DNA of 64,000 nt from NCBI RefSeq assembly GCF_964355755.1, contig NC_092674.1:930001-994000 (forward strand), given 5' to 3'. Position numbers and translations under genes: made by a program. This DNA comes from Antedon mediterranea (Eukaryota; Animalia; Echinodermata). Of the stretch, positions 36,571 to 49,003 are shown piece after piece. The notes beneath the pieces were generated by a model that saw only the letters and a list, made by a program, of their open reading frames with translations, did not search any database and was not told where the DNA came from. Position 1 is the stretch's first letter; each line of letters starts with the position of its first letter.

Positions 36571-39156
36571 AATGTTTGTAAATAACGTTAAAACCGTCTT
36601 TATCCATGTGTATAAAGGACTTCTTAATTACTTAAGGAGTTTTATATTTGTTATCACCGTCAGCCATGATAGCATAGAGATGCAAAGGCCTCAAGAAGAA
36701 GTCCCCAATTACCACTCCTTCCAACCTTGATAAAGTCCAATAGTTAGGGTTTTTGAAAACAAAGACTCGATACCCAGGTTTCTCTTTCGAGATTTCTTGA
36801 AACAACAAACTTCAATAAAAACTTGTATCATTGAAATAATTAAAAAAATGTATAAATAATTACATTATAGGGGGTCTCTGACCCAAACAAAAACATCTCG
36901 ACATTAGGTCATGTAGGGGGTCTCTGTTTTCGAAATTTTTCTAAAAACAAATTTCTAAGTTTTATTACATTATTATAGGTAATATTAATAATTTTTCTAA
37001 ACACAAATTTCTAAATATTACTGTATTACATTATTATAGGTAATATTAATATTATAGTAAAAGACCAATCTTTTGGCACATATGGCGTTTCATACATATA
37101 ACACTTGACCTATTTTTTCCGACAAAAATCAAAACGATGACTGGTGGACAACATGAAAAAGACAAATTTACAACAGACTGGGAAAAGCCTATTAAAAAAC
37201 TGTGTTTACTTTACAGAAATATGTGAAAACAACATTTTGAGAAAATGACACTTTTATATTTAATTTCCTATGTTTTTATGTGTAAAATTAAATGTTTATC
37301 TCATAATTACTATAATATGAAGCATCAGTTGATCTTCAGATATACCTTTGTGGATAGATCTGATGATGTAGATGATTTTCCGTGAATAAAAAAAAATCCT
37401 ATATTTTGACCTTGTTTGACCTCTTGACCACATAAACTGACCTTAAAACCCAAAACTGAGGATGGCATCTACCCCTATCGTTTTTGTCACCCCAAAAAGG
37501 ATACATTCAACATGGTTGCCTGCTATTAACAAAAAATGCCCCCCAAACTTTTTATAGAGGACTTTTGTGTATTTGGCCTCTCTACTATAACGAAGAGAGT
37601 TATAATTCCTTTTTTCTGACATTAAATTGTTAGTCATTCGCGGCGGTCAACACGCACACTGTTGAATTTTGATGTTGTTCTTTTACATTTATTATCCTAA
37701 ATTACTTGACTCTCTATTTATCTCTCTTTCAAAATAAAAGAAAAACATTTTATATTTTTTTCGAACCCCAGCTAGAGTATAGCTGAGAGAATCCAAACGA
37801 TAGTTACTAGAGCACTTTGATTTGATTGTTCGCATTTTAAAATTTTAAACACGCGTGCGCGCGTAATTTTGCATGCAACACTTTATTTTTACTCCATATA
37901 AATTTGACCCTTGATATGAATTATCATTTTCTTAAGTTTCAATAACAAATGTCTTTTGGTATATATAATTATGCGTATGTAACGCTGAGCAACTTGGACA
38001 GCACCGAAAACCTTATTACGACATCATCTTCAGATACAGGTCAATGTTCTGATATAGTTATACAATGTTATGTTGAGAAGATTTAGAGATACACGCACAA
38101 CAAAATTCGTGGAAAGAAAGAAGAATAAGAAAAGTAAGAAAAAAAAAAAGATCCTGACAAATAACAAGGGGTTATCTGCGAAGTGCAGATAACCAAAAAC
38201 ATTTTCTCTTGTTTTCCATATTTCAAATTCAGTTCCATTATTGCATCGTAACAGCCCTATTTTTAGTCGCGTGCAACGCAACTTGTACAGCTCACTATGT
38301 CGGTCGGTTGGTCGGTAAAAACTAAGTTTAGCACGCGACTGCAGGCTAGCAGCCATGTATGGCCTTGTTCCAAATGTTCTTACCTCAGCCCCAGTGACCA
38401 TGGTGAGCCGAGGTCCTAGAGTCTTATTTCCGGCCATCGAGCAGCTCAATTTTTTCCAAATTATCTTACCTCAGCCCCTGGTCCTGAGGACACTAATATA
38501 CATTTTTATTTCCTATTTTTAATTATAAGTGCCATTTTCGTACCATGTTGGGCTAAGATCCTGGAGGTACTAATAAATAGGCCTATATTAATTATTTCAT
38601 TTGAAATTAAGTGCCATTTCCGGCCATCGAGCAGCTCTATTTTCCCCAATTTTCAGTGGGGCTGAGGTCCTGAAGACATAAATATATTATTATGATATTT
38701 CCAAACATATTTCAGCTAAAAATCAAAATTTCCGTGGCTGTAGGAGGTTTTGAAATTGGGTCGGGGAGGGGGTAGCTGGTGGGTGGTGTTTGGTTACATT
38801 TGCAATTACCATTTTCGCACCTCAGATATTATTGGGTATTATATTAATTAGTTGTCAAACACACAAAACTAAAAATATAAATTTGTAACGACATGGGATA
38901 AAATTTTTGGCCCACGTTGTGTCAGTTGGGGTTTTACAGACGTTTTTTAAGGGCCACATATTGGGGATTTGGCATTATTTTTCCCAATCTGGCATTATTT
39001 GAAACAGGCTACTGCATAATTTAAATTTTATCGCTGGCAACACTGTTGCGACGTCACACAAGGGCGGCTGCCATAGTTCGGCAGTAGACGTGTTTTGTGT
39101 TGCTTTGTTTTAATACCAGTTTGTTATTAAATTTGTTAACATTTTTTGTCATCAAA

Positions 39157-41509
39157 ATGGTATGAAATTTATTTAAAATTATATATTTGATCTGTAGCCA
39201 GGCGCTAACTAGTCTGTTACCTGGCTAGGCCTACTACTAGGATACTTATTATGTAGACGGCTAGGCCTACCTAGTACTAGTGTAGTAGCCTAGCCTAGTT
39301 AGTAGGCCTAGCTAGCCTACTAACTAGTTAGGCTGACTGAGTTACGGGAGAGTCGAGTAGAGAGGGTACAGTAGAAGACCACTACCGGTGCAACACAATT
39401 GGACTAGGCCTAGCCTACACCCCTATAGGGGGCGTGTTCAAGGTATTAAATACATCATCATGGACTGAGATCCGACTAGGCCTAGAATGAAAGAAAGCTT
39501 TAATAATTGGCTAGGCCTAGGAGGTCTATATTCTATTTTAAAGATAGTTTAGTAGGCCTACTAGTACTAATCTATAGGCTAGGCTAGTTAATTAATATTA
39601 ATAATTATTCATATTTTTATAGTTTATTTAATATTAGTTAGGCCTAGGCTAGGGCCTAGTAGTAGGTGTATATTAAGAAACCGAGGAAACGATGAACTCT
39701 TTGTTTTGTCTTTTTTTGTTTGTGTTTTAGATGCAGTTTATGCTACTGTTTAGTCGCCAGGGTAAGTTGCGACTACAGAAATGGTACCAAGCCCACCCAG
39801 ACAAGACAAAGAAGAAGATAACACGGGAACTCATTACAACAGTTTTATCTAGGAAACCAAAAATGTGTAATTTCTTGGAATGGAGAGATTTAAAAGTTGT
39901 TTACAAAAGGTAACTATGATAACCTATGATTACTATTATACAGTACACTATGTCATTTTATGTCAAATTCTTCAGAATAGTGAGTCTGTATTGCTCCAAT
40001 GAGTGAGTAAATATGACCATCAGTAAAAAACTGAAAAGTTTTATTAAAATATTCCAAATTGAATCAAATTCAAAACTACTTGTAATGACTGGAACATGTT
40101 CTTTTATTGGTTGTCTAGAAAACTCAGATTCAGATATATCTGAGTTTTCTGGACACCCTACCTACAGTAGTTTGTACTACTCTCATCATCAACTGTTTTA
40201 TTCTTTGTCTAGGTATGCTAGCTTGTACTTCTGTTGTGCCATTGATAGTACAGATAATGAACTCTTGACCCTAGAAATTATTCATAGATATGTGGAACTT
40301 CTTGATAAATATTTTGGAAGTGTAAGTATTACTTTGTTTTCAATAACCTGGTGTATCATGCACTGTTTTATGATCTGACAATGTTTGACTCACAGTCAGT
40401 GTCCAGTTTGTTTGTTAACAGAAAACACTCTGAATACTATTCTTTTGATTTTTGAAATTAAATTATGAACCCTGAGGGAAATCTGTTTTGAATGTTATCT
40501 GCATAAAAACTATGTAGAAATTTATTTTATTGTATGTAGCTAAATGTGATCTGCATTTACTGAAGGCAATCTTATAACAGTACACTGAGCTCACCTTGAT
40601 CTTATGTCTCTGCCTGCGACAAATATCAACAGTACTGTACATATTCTCTGCGGCGCGCAGTGTCTGTTATAGGGCGTGGACCTGATTGTGTCGCATCCAC
40701 AAATAAACCCTTTGATCTCCTAAGCTCAGTATCCTGTTTGATTACCTTGATTTGCTTAAGCAACTTGAATGAACTACTACTACTACTTTACTTAAAACTT
40801 TATTTAAATTTGTACACAGGTTTGTGAATTGGACATTATATTTAACTTTGAGAAGGCATATTTCATGCTGGATGAATTGATGCTTGGTGGTGAGGTACAA
40901 GAAACCAGTAAGAAGAATGTGCTTAAGGCAATCCAGGCTCAGGACCTTTTACAAGAGGTATTATTTGTACTTTATTCATATTGCATAAAAAATACATTTA
41001 TAACATTGGTAGTAAATACTGTAGTAGCAATGTGAAAAGTAGAGTTTTAAAGGTAGTTTTAAGCTCTGTCTATACTATCAAACTTTATGTGAAAAAATGT
41101 GATGTGTCCATATGGACATGATGATGTCATATCACTACCATATTTAGGCATATCACTACCATATTTGGGTACATCACACTTTTTTTGTCAAACTAGTTTG
41201 ATAGTGTGTAGATAGAGCTTTAGACAATCGGATCATTTAGTTGTCCTACACAAGGAAAACAACCAAAATATAACATACTTTAATCGTATTGTGACTAAAA
41301 CATTGGTTAATACTGTAGTAACAATCTAGAACTATATCAAATAATTTAGACCATTATTTAGGTATTATTTATTATACAAAGAAAGCCACTAAAATATAAC
41401 ACACTTGTTATCGTATTGTGATAATAATTTAAATTTAAATGAATATATATTTGGTTTGCAGGAAGCAGAGGTAAATCGAAGTGTACTGGAGGAGCTAGGT
41501 TTAACATAG
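39157..41509 (+). CDS. AP1S2: AP-1 complex subunit sigma (AP1S1/2/3 ortholog), 158 aa
   Basis: Exons 39157-39159 (ATG only), 39731-39909, 40213-40321, 40820-40957, 41462-41509 (TAG); [19 protein letters not shown]...[12 protein letters not shown]...[13 protein letters not shown]...[16 protein letters not shown] at ~41868 and ~41933. Confidence 0.97.
39220..39665. promoter_or_regulatory. TAGGCCTA/CTAG-rich promoter-proximal tract in AP1S intron 1
   Basis: At least 7 TAGGCCTA palindromes within ~450 bp downstream of the first exon; function is inferred. Confidence 0.4.
41062..41219. mobile_element. Harbinger-like MITE family A, full length
   Basis: tta|AGCTCTGTCTATACTATCAAACT...ATAGAGCT|tta. 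Confidence 0.85.
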
Positions 41510-42320
41510 TAATACTGTGTAGCTGCAACTCATTTTCCAATCAATTTAGCCTACTACTGCCAATACAAATACAGTAATCAGCAACAGTTTGTTACCATAT
41601 CCAAATGTATTGGTAAATGTGGGTGATATGTATGACTAAATATATGTATAATATGTGTATTACCTTTGTGCTGTATGTTAACATTTACTTATTTCTTTTT
41701 TGCATTAATCTTTTTTATTCAGAAAATATAATTCAATTTTTAGACAAAAAAATATACCTTGTTGAATAACCATATTTAGTGATCATTTTAAATGCTTCAA
41801 ATTTGGATACTATTAAAATGTAACCAAATCAACTTTATATTATTCTTATAGTATATGAATGTTCTCAAATAAATATGTACATTCCTAACCTATATTTAAG
41901 CATAGAGCTAAACATGTGCTGCTATGAAATCCAATAAACATTTTCTTTCCTCTTATCCCATAATTTGGGAAATAACTTTCACAAAACGATATAGATTATG
42001 AATAATAGAAAAAACTGAAATTATCAAAAGACATAAATAAAACAAAAATGTTGTACAACTCGCTTATTGTTGTGTTTTTGTCATAATATATCTCATTATT
42101 AATATTTATGATTAAAAAAATGATGAAAAATTAATTTGAGAGAAAATAGTACATCAGTTGATATTGAGGGCTCACTTTAAAATCTAGCAATTACTAATTG
42201 TCTGATCACATGACTTTGTTTGGGTAATGTGTCATCGTCATTAATATTTATCACGGATCATCGACGTTTGTGAAGTGTTACGTTAGTCCTAGCTAGCAGC
42301 TAGGCTTGGAATATAAAAGT

Positions 42321-45300
42321 ATGGCGGCAGAAATAAGAACGAAATCAAAAACTCGGCGACCAGTATTACTTAATAAACTAGAAGGTTGTGGAGCCATTGT
42401 GACAAAAGCAGTGATTATTCCGAAAGAAGATGGCGTTATTAGTGTATCAGAAGACAGGTAATTCTTAACTCCGTTCTCAAGTCAGTTCAGCTCGCGGCGG
42501 CGGTAGTCTCGGTCGGGGGTCAGTTTAGTAATTGGGGTGGAGTAGTAGAGGGTAGAGTTAGGCCTAGCTAGTTTATCCTAGATAGAGACATGCTCTGCTA
42601 TGAATACTTGAATTAGATGTTTACAATACTGCAGAGACTCCCTCCCATCAGAGTGAGTCTAGGCTAGGCCTCTCTAGATAATTCACTTTCGACATAAAAT
42701 AATTTTTCTTGTTTTAATTTGTCAATTAATTTTGATATGATACTGAACTGACTGTACCAACCAAGATATCGGAATTAATTTTGCTATCAATATTATGGTA
42801 ATATTGTTATATATTATGTAATACGAGTTTACGGATTATTTTAAAAGGTGGTGGTGGCTACCAGCCACACTATATGAGTCTGACTCTGACTACCAGTAAA
42901 CTCGAAGGGAAGTCTGTATTATAATAATAATAAAATACATTTATTTTTTTACTTTTTTGTGAATTTGTTGTAGAACGTTACGTGTGTGGTTGAAGAGGGA
43001 TTCCGGGCAGTTTTGGCCAAGTATATGTCACACAATGCCATGTAAGCTGTCAATCAACCAATCTTATGTAACTAACTTGCGGGTTAATAAATAAATATCA
43101 TTTTTAAAATAGCCTCTTTCTCGATAATATTTGACAAAGATTATAAGAGTATAAATAAAGCATACGTACGTAACATATCCATCAAAGTGTGGGAATTCCA
43201 AAGTGCTAGAGGTTCCTGTGGAAAACCAAAAGAAAATAATCTTAAAAAAATAGCACTAACAAAACCTGCATAACCCACAATTTAAGGCTCACAGGCCGGC
43301 TACATTATTCATAATTTAAAAAAACAACCACTTTCTCTATCGTCTTGACTATTGAAACATACTGTAACACACAATGTTTTCTAATTAAGTATAATTTAAT
43401 AATTTATAGCAAGTTGCTCCACGATGGATTTCAACAAAGAGACACGAAGACTGTTTGTTGGATTAGACAATGGAACCATTTCTGAGTTCTCACTTTCAGA
43501 TGATTATAACAGACTGCTTTTTAGAAGAGATTATTTAGGTAAGATAGATGTTGCTTCTCTAGGATATTTCTTGGTCTGGTTTTAAATAGATGTATTGAGA
43601 ACGGCTGGATGAGTAGGAAGACGTGTCCTTACATACAAATACATTTACGTCGATCAATCAAAATGAATTTATTCCATAAAACCATGGATAAAACTAAGGA
43701 TATAATTACAAATATGTCATTAAAAAGTAAAAGGGAAGTCAAAATAAGCAAAGCTTTTAAGCCGAGACCCTTAAAAACAATAAGGTAATAAGAAGTTATA
43801 TCAAAAACAATTAAAAAAAAAACAAAAAATAATAATAAATTACTTTTACATGATACTCATAAAAGAGAAATGATGAAATGGGATACCAGGGAAGGTTTTT
43901 ACTAATTCAGACCCCAGTTTGTAATGATACTCATAAAAGAAAAATGATGAAATGGGATACCAGGGAAGGTTTTTACTAATTCAGACCCCAGTTTGCAATG
44001 ATACTAATAAAAGAGAAATGATGAAATGGGATACCAGGGAAGGTTTTTACTAATTCAGACCCCAGTTTGTAATGATACTCATAAAAGAAAAATGATGAAA
44101 TGGGATACCAGGGAAGGTTTTTACTAATTCAGACCCCAGTTTGCAATGATACTCATAAAAGAGAAATGATGAAATGGGATACCAGGGAAGGTTTTTACTA
44201 ATTCAGACCCCAGTTTGTAATGATACTCATAAAAGAGAAATGATGAAATGGGATACCAGGGAAGGTTTTTACTAATCCAGACTCCAGTTTGTAATGATAC
44301 TCACAAAAGAGAAATGATGAAATGGGATACCAGGGAAGGTTTTTACTAATTCAGACCCCAGTTTGCAATGATACTCATAAAAGAGAAATGATGAAATGGG
44401 ATACCAGGGAAGGTTTTTACTAATTCAGAACCCAGTTTGCAATGATACTCACAAAAGAGAAATGATGAAATGGGATACCAGGGAAGGTTTTTACTAATTC
44501 AGACCCCAGTTTGTAATGATACTCACAAAAGAGAAAGGATGAAATGGGATACCAGGGAAGGTTTTTACTAATTCAGACCCCAGTTTGCATTAATACAATT
44601 ACAATTGGTTTTCTTTATTTACAACAACAAAAAATACATATTGTATATCACACAAAATGTAAGTACTGTAATGGTTCTTAATAAGGAATAATGTTTAAAC
44701 ATAATACAGGTAGTGTGTATGTTTCATACTTCCTTATTCTGTAAGTAATCTGTCAAGTCACCAATTAAAAAAGCAACTAAAAATATACATTCTTAGAAAT
44801 GGAAATCATATTTTGCTCATGACTAGACTGCTATTACATGAAAAAATGATACTAATGCATCAATTGTCTGTTTGTAATGTAAGTAATTACTGTATAATCT
44901 TTTATATTAATATTTTGAATGTAAGTAATTATAATCTTTCTCTGTTCCCAACTGTGCTAGATACTATTTCTGACCTTAAATTTAATGAAAGAAATACCGG
45001 TAATGGTTTAGACAGTTTATGAATGTTTCATATCTGTGAGTGTGACTTTAACCTGACCCTATGGAAACAAACTTTTGAGCTTATATAGAGTTGTCGTCTT
45101 GCTCTCACCTTATGTAAAGTTTCATTTTTGTTTATTTTTTATCTGTTTTGTTTACTTTATACATAGCTCATCAAAATCGAGTGACCTCAGTAATCTTCTC
45201 TGTGACCTCTGAACTCGTGCTCAGTGTTGGTAGAGATAAGTACTTACAGTGGCATTGTGCTGAGTCTGGACGGAGACTAGGAGGTTATCAACTATCAGCC

Positions 45301-48300
45301 TGGTGCACAGCTTTGGAGTATCCTCTTTTTACAAATTCAACAATAAAAATATTTTACCAATTAGAAATTTAGAATTATTTTATTTTATTTATTTATTTGA
45401 CCAAAAAACCCAATCAAATCAGACAAAAGGCCACTATGACTCAATGAGTCCGTCATTCATACTGTATAAAAATATATTGATGATTAGGAAAATCACTATT
45501 TACAATAAAATGCTATTGCAGTATACAACCCATGTCCTAAACAATTTAAACTAGGTATTTGGCATTTGTTTTTTAGAGTTATAACAAATCACTTAAATAA
45601 AATCAAATAAAGTCTGACTTTATCTGCAGAAGTAAAACCATCTTGAACATTAAGGAAATGGGACAATAAAGTATTTTACAATAATATTGTCATTTTAATC
45701 TTTAAAGGCAATTTATTGCAAATAGAAACTAAGTTTTAATTATATTATTTAGGAAGTATTTGCATATGAAACAAAACAATACAAAACTGAAAGTAGACAT
45801 AATCATTTTTTAAACATATTGTGATGCCATGTTTTATGAATGTACAGTATGTGTGTAGTACTGTATACAGTGTATACATAGCCATACTCTATGTAAATCT
45901 CTATCTTCACTATCAAACTAGTTTGACAAAAAAAGTGTAGTGCCCAAATATGGTAGTGATAGGACATTATCATGTCCATCACATGTTTTGTCACATAAAG
46001 TTTGATAGTATAGACAAGGTTTTAGCCCAGTCATCCTTAAAGATGTATTGTGCCCCTGAAAAAAATATTGTAAAACATTTTTTTTTTTAAATATGCCATT
46101 TAAATATCATGTATAATAGTTATCCACTTTGACCAAAAACTGAATCGAAAAAAAATTATTTACCTGAAAAGGCTGTCATTTAAAGAAAAAAATAGTCAAA
46201 TTGGCTGCCAGCCAATGGGGTTTAGTTGAATTTAACAGTTTATTTTGTCATTTTATAAGTGAAAACATAATTTTTTTTTGTATTTTTGTATGGAAGTGAT
46301 TAACTTTATTAGAACTACAAAATAACCTATTCAAAGTATGATTTAATTAATCTTCATTTTTCATGTTTTTTTGGGACAATACATCTTTAAACATATATAC
46401 ACAATTTTTAATCTGCAACCAATATTTTACATCCATTTCTAGCACTCTTTTGCGGTGTTTTTTCTAAACGCTTTGATAGATTTGATTCAGACTCTAGGCA
46501 TGCGTTTGTTGGTGACTATTCTGGCAATATAACAGTAGTGAAAGTTGAGGACAATGACCATCAGGTCATTACAACACTTAAAGGTCATTCTGGTAAGTTA
46601 GATTTTTATTTGAATAATATCATATTTGATGTATTGTGTCTTTGTTGTTTATTGTCTTAATTATGCCAAGCAAACAAATTTCCATTTTAAAGTGTACCAA
46701 TAACATTTCTTGAATCATTGTCATCTTCAAAGCTAATCGTCGTTAGACATCGCGCATCCCACTTCACTTGTGTTCGCTACTATGTACGTTTTTCAGCAAG
46801 CATGTGTAAAGTTCTGTTTCCTTTTTGATGTTTGCCATCCATGTACCGTACGGTCTTCCTTTTGGTCTTTTTGCATTTGAATATATCATGAAATATTTTA
46901 TTTTATTTTATTCAATCGAAACCAACAGCGATAATTACCGCCACTAAACAGGTTTGATACAAACAAAGCCAGGACTGTTTAAAGCACCTTGATTGGTCCT
47001 AAAATTGATCAAGGGCTTCTGTCGTCCAGTGCCCACCTTGACCAGAGGTCTGAGGCAGATACTAGATGCAGGGGCTGCCATAAGAGTCAGCAGTGCTGAT
47101 TTCAAATGCCTAACGGGACCCCAGCTCCGTATACAGCACCCGTTATTCCCAGATGGTCTCCCATCCAAGCTCTACCCAGGCCCAACGTCGCTTAACTTCG
47201 GTGATCTGACGAGAACCGGTGTTTCAACGTGGTAAAGCCATGTTGAATGTTTTAATTCATACTTACATTATACATTCTGGTATTTATAGGAAGTATACGT
47301 TCCCTTGCGTGGGATCCGCAGCGGAGACTGCTCTTTTCTGGTAGCTTTGATCAATCCATTATTGTGTGGGACATTGGGGGAAACCAAGGTACAGCTTACG
47401 AATTACAGGGACATACGTAAGTAGTTCATATTTGTTGCCAACACTATTTCTTTTGTAAGATACCACTTTTGTTTGAAATATACAGTATATTCTTGTTCAC
47501 AATGAGTATGTTTCTTATTTTTTCTATATTTATTTACCTATTACTTCTACATTATGTGTATTAATTCAGTGGAAAATTACTTCTATTTATTGTCATTTGC
47601 ATATAAAATGAACATAGAAATTATGTTTGCTCTGACCATAGAATAACTAATTTCTATAAAACATACAAAAACAGATAAATAAAAATCTAACAAAAACAAT
47701 TAACTGTTACAAAATATATTTGTATGAGAGATGATGGACCTGTAACGTCTACCGCTACGTAACACCTCAAATACATTATGCATCAAATATAATGTTGACT
47801 ACTTTATATAACAGCAATTTTTCATTTCACTGAACTGTGTAATATTTCAGCGGCAAGGTGGAAGGACTCTGCTACTCAAACCGCAGCAATCAACTAATAT
47901 CAAGTGGTGATGATCAACGATTTGTGTTCTGGAATATGGAGGCTAAAAGACAAGAGGTATTCATAGAGGGCTTTGCATTAAATTTAAATATGTACGTCTT
48001 CCAAGTGCCAAGTAATCTCTGTTTTAATTTAATTTAACATTTTTATTCCTTTTACAGACGCCAGAGTGGGTTGAAAATGACATTTGTGAGAAATGTGCAC
48101 AGCCATTTTTCTGGAATTTTAAGGAAATGTGGAACAAAAAGGAGCTTGGCGTAAGACAGGTAATTGCCACCAAGTTTAATTCATCTTTCCAATTTATGCA
48201 CAAAAACAGGAATGGGTGTCTGGTATAATGTAGAGGAATCTTTTTATTATACAGTTATATTTATAATAAAATAATAATTTATATTTATAGCATCATTGCA

Positions 48301-49003
48301 GAAAATGTGGAAAAGCAATTTGTGATAAATGCAGTTCAGATCGTTCAACGTTACCAGTCTTGGGTTTTGAATTTGAGGTGCGGGTTTGTCGTGATTGCTA
48401 CAGTGAAATAACCGACGAAGAGTAAGTTTCATAACAAACACAATAGATTATTCACACAGCTCATCCTTTACGTCGTTGCTCTGTCTACACAATCAACCTG
48501 TAGGTGACAAACAAATGTGACGTGCCCATATATGGACATGATGTCATATCGCTACCATATTTGGGCATAGCACTAGTTTGATAGTGTAGACAGAGCTTAA
48601 GTGCAATGCATCTTGATACTCAGTTGACTGATATTTGAGGTTTAATTTGCACTCTTTATGTGTTCTTTGTTCTGTTATTATTCTCTTGCAGTCGAGCTCC
48701 TTTAGCCAGCTTTCATGATGCCAAACACTCTGTAGTGTCCATGCACTTAGATGATGTCAAAGGTCAAATGGTAACGTGCGGAACGGATAGAGTAATTAAG
48801 GTAATAAGTTAATTATTATACAAAATATGGTCAAGTTTGAGTGTGTGGTTGACTAGTACTGAAGAATAAAAAGTGCAAATATGGAGAACAGCTTCAACCA
48901 AATTGAACCTAAACAATGATGTTGACTCTAATACTAGATATTTATTCATTAATAATGTTGTTTTCTTTCACAGCTCTGGGATATGTCATCTGTAATTGCG
49001 TGA
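42321..49003 (+). CDS. WDFY2: WD repeat and FYVE domain-containing protein 2 (WDFY1/2 ortholog), 400 aa
   Basis: Exons 42321-42457, 42974-43041, 43410-43538, 45167-45317, 46480-46592, 47290-47416, 47851-47956, 48058-48159, 48291-48421, 48692-48800, 48974-49003 total 1203 nt. MAAEI..., [18 protein letters not shown] motif [30 protein letters not shown]. Confidence 0.97.
43850..44589. repeat. 74-bp tandem repeat, ~10 near-identical copies, WDFY2 intron 3
   Basis: atgatactcataaaagagaaatgatgaaatgggataccagggaaggtttttactaattcagaccccagtttg recurring every 74 nt (43851, 43925, 43999...). Confidence 0.95.
45318..46479 (+). other. U12-type (minor spliceosome) GT-AG intron of WDFY2
   Basis: Donor GTATCCTC; branch-like TTTCTAAAC about 10-19 nt upstream of the AG; no long pyrimidine tract. 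Confidence 0.8.
46041..46386. mobile_element. Kolobok-like MITE (TTAA TSD), copy 2
   Basis: ttaa|AGATGTATTGTGCCC...GGGACAATACATCT|ttaa; homologous along its length to 1786-2109. Confidence 0.75.
46894..47243 (-). mobile_element. 5S rRNA-derived SINE (SINE3-like): near-full 5S head, ~220-bp body, (AATAA)n tail
   Basis: Minus strand 47243-47132: taccacgttgaaacaccggttctcgtcagatcaccgaagttaagcgacgttgggcctgggtagagcttggatgggagaccatctgggaataacgggtgctgta is 5S-like; there is no oligo-T terminator after it, and it continues into a body ending gaataaaataaaataaaat. Confidence 0.75.

Larger units (their letters stand above)
34020..37587 (-). mobile_element. Decayed Academ (AcademX-like) DNA transposon with long TIRs and TAA TSD
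   Basis: taa|TAGTAGGGCGGCCAA...TTGGCCTCTCTACTA|taa; ~170-190-bp imperfect TIRs; empty paralogous site acacgtaacgaagagag at ~32647-32663; internal XPG-like and Cys-rich coding remnants. Confidence 0.8.

Noticed and set aside
38030-38700. 139-aa minus-strand ORF and nearby repeated cttacctcagcccc / ccggccatcgagcagctc modules
   Set aside because: No recognisable domain and a low-complexity Phe-rich tail; probably a decayed repeat whose ends I could not define.
46944-47235. Overlapping 74- and 80-aa ORFs, or a functional 5S rRNA gene
   Set aside because: The ORFs are chance readings of a GC-richer SINE. The 5S part has a diverged 5' end, substitutions and no terminator, so it is not called rRNA.
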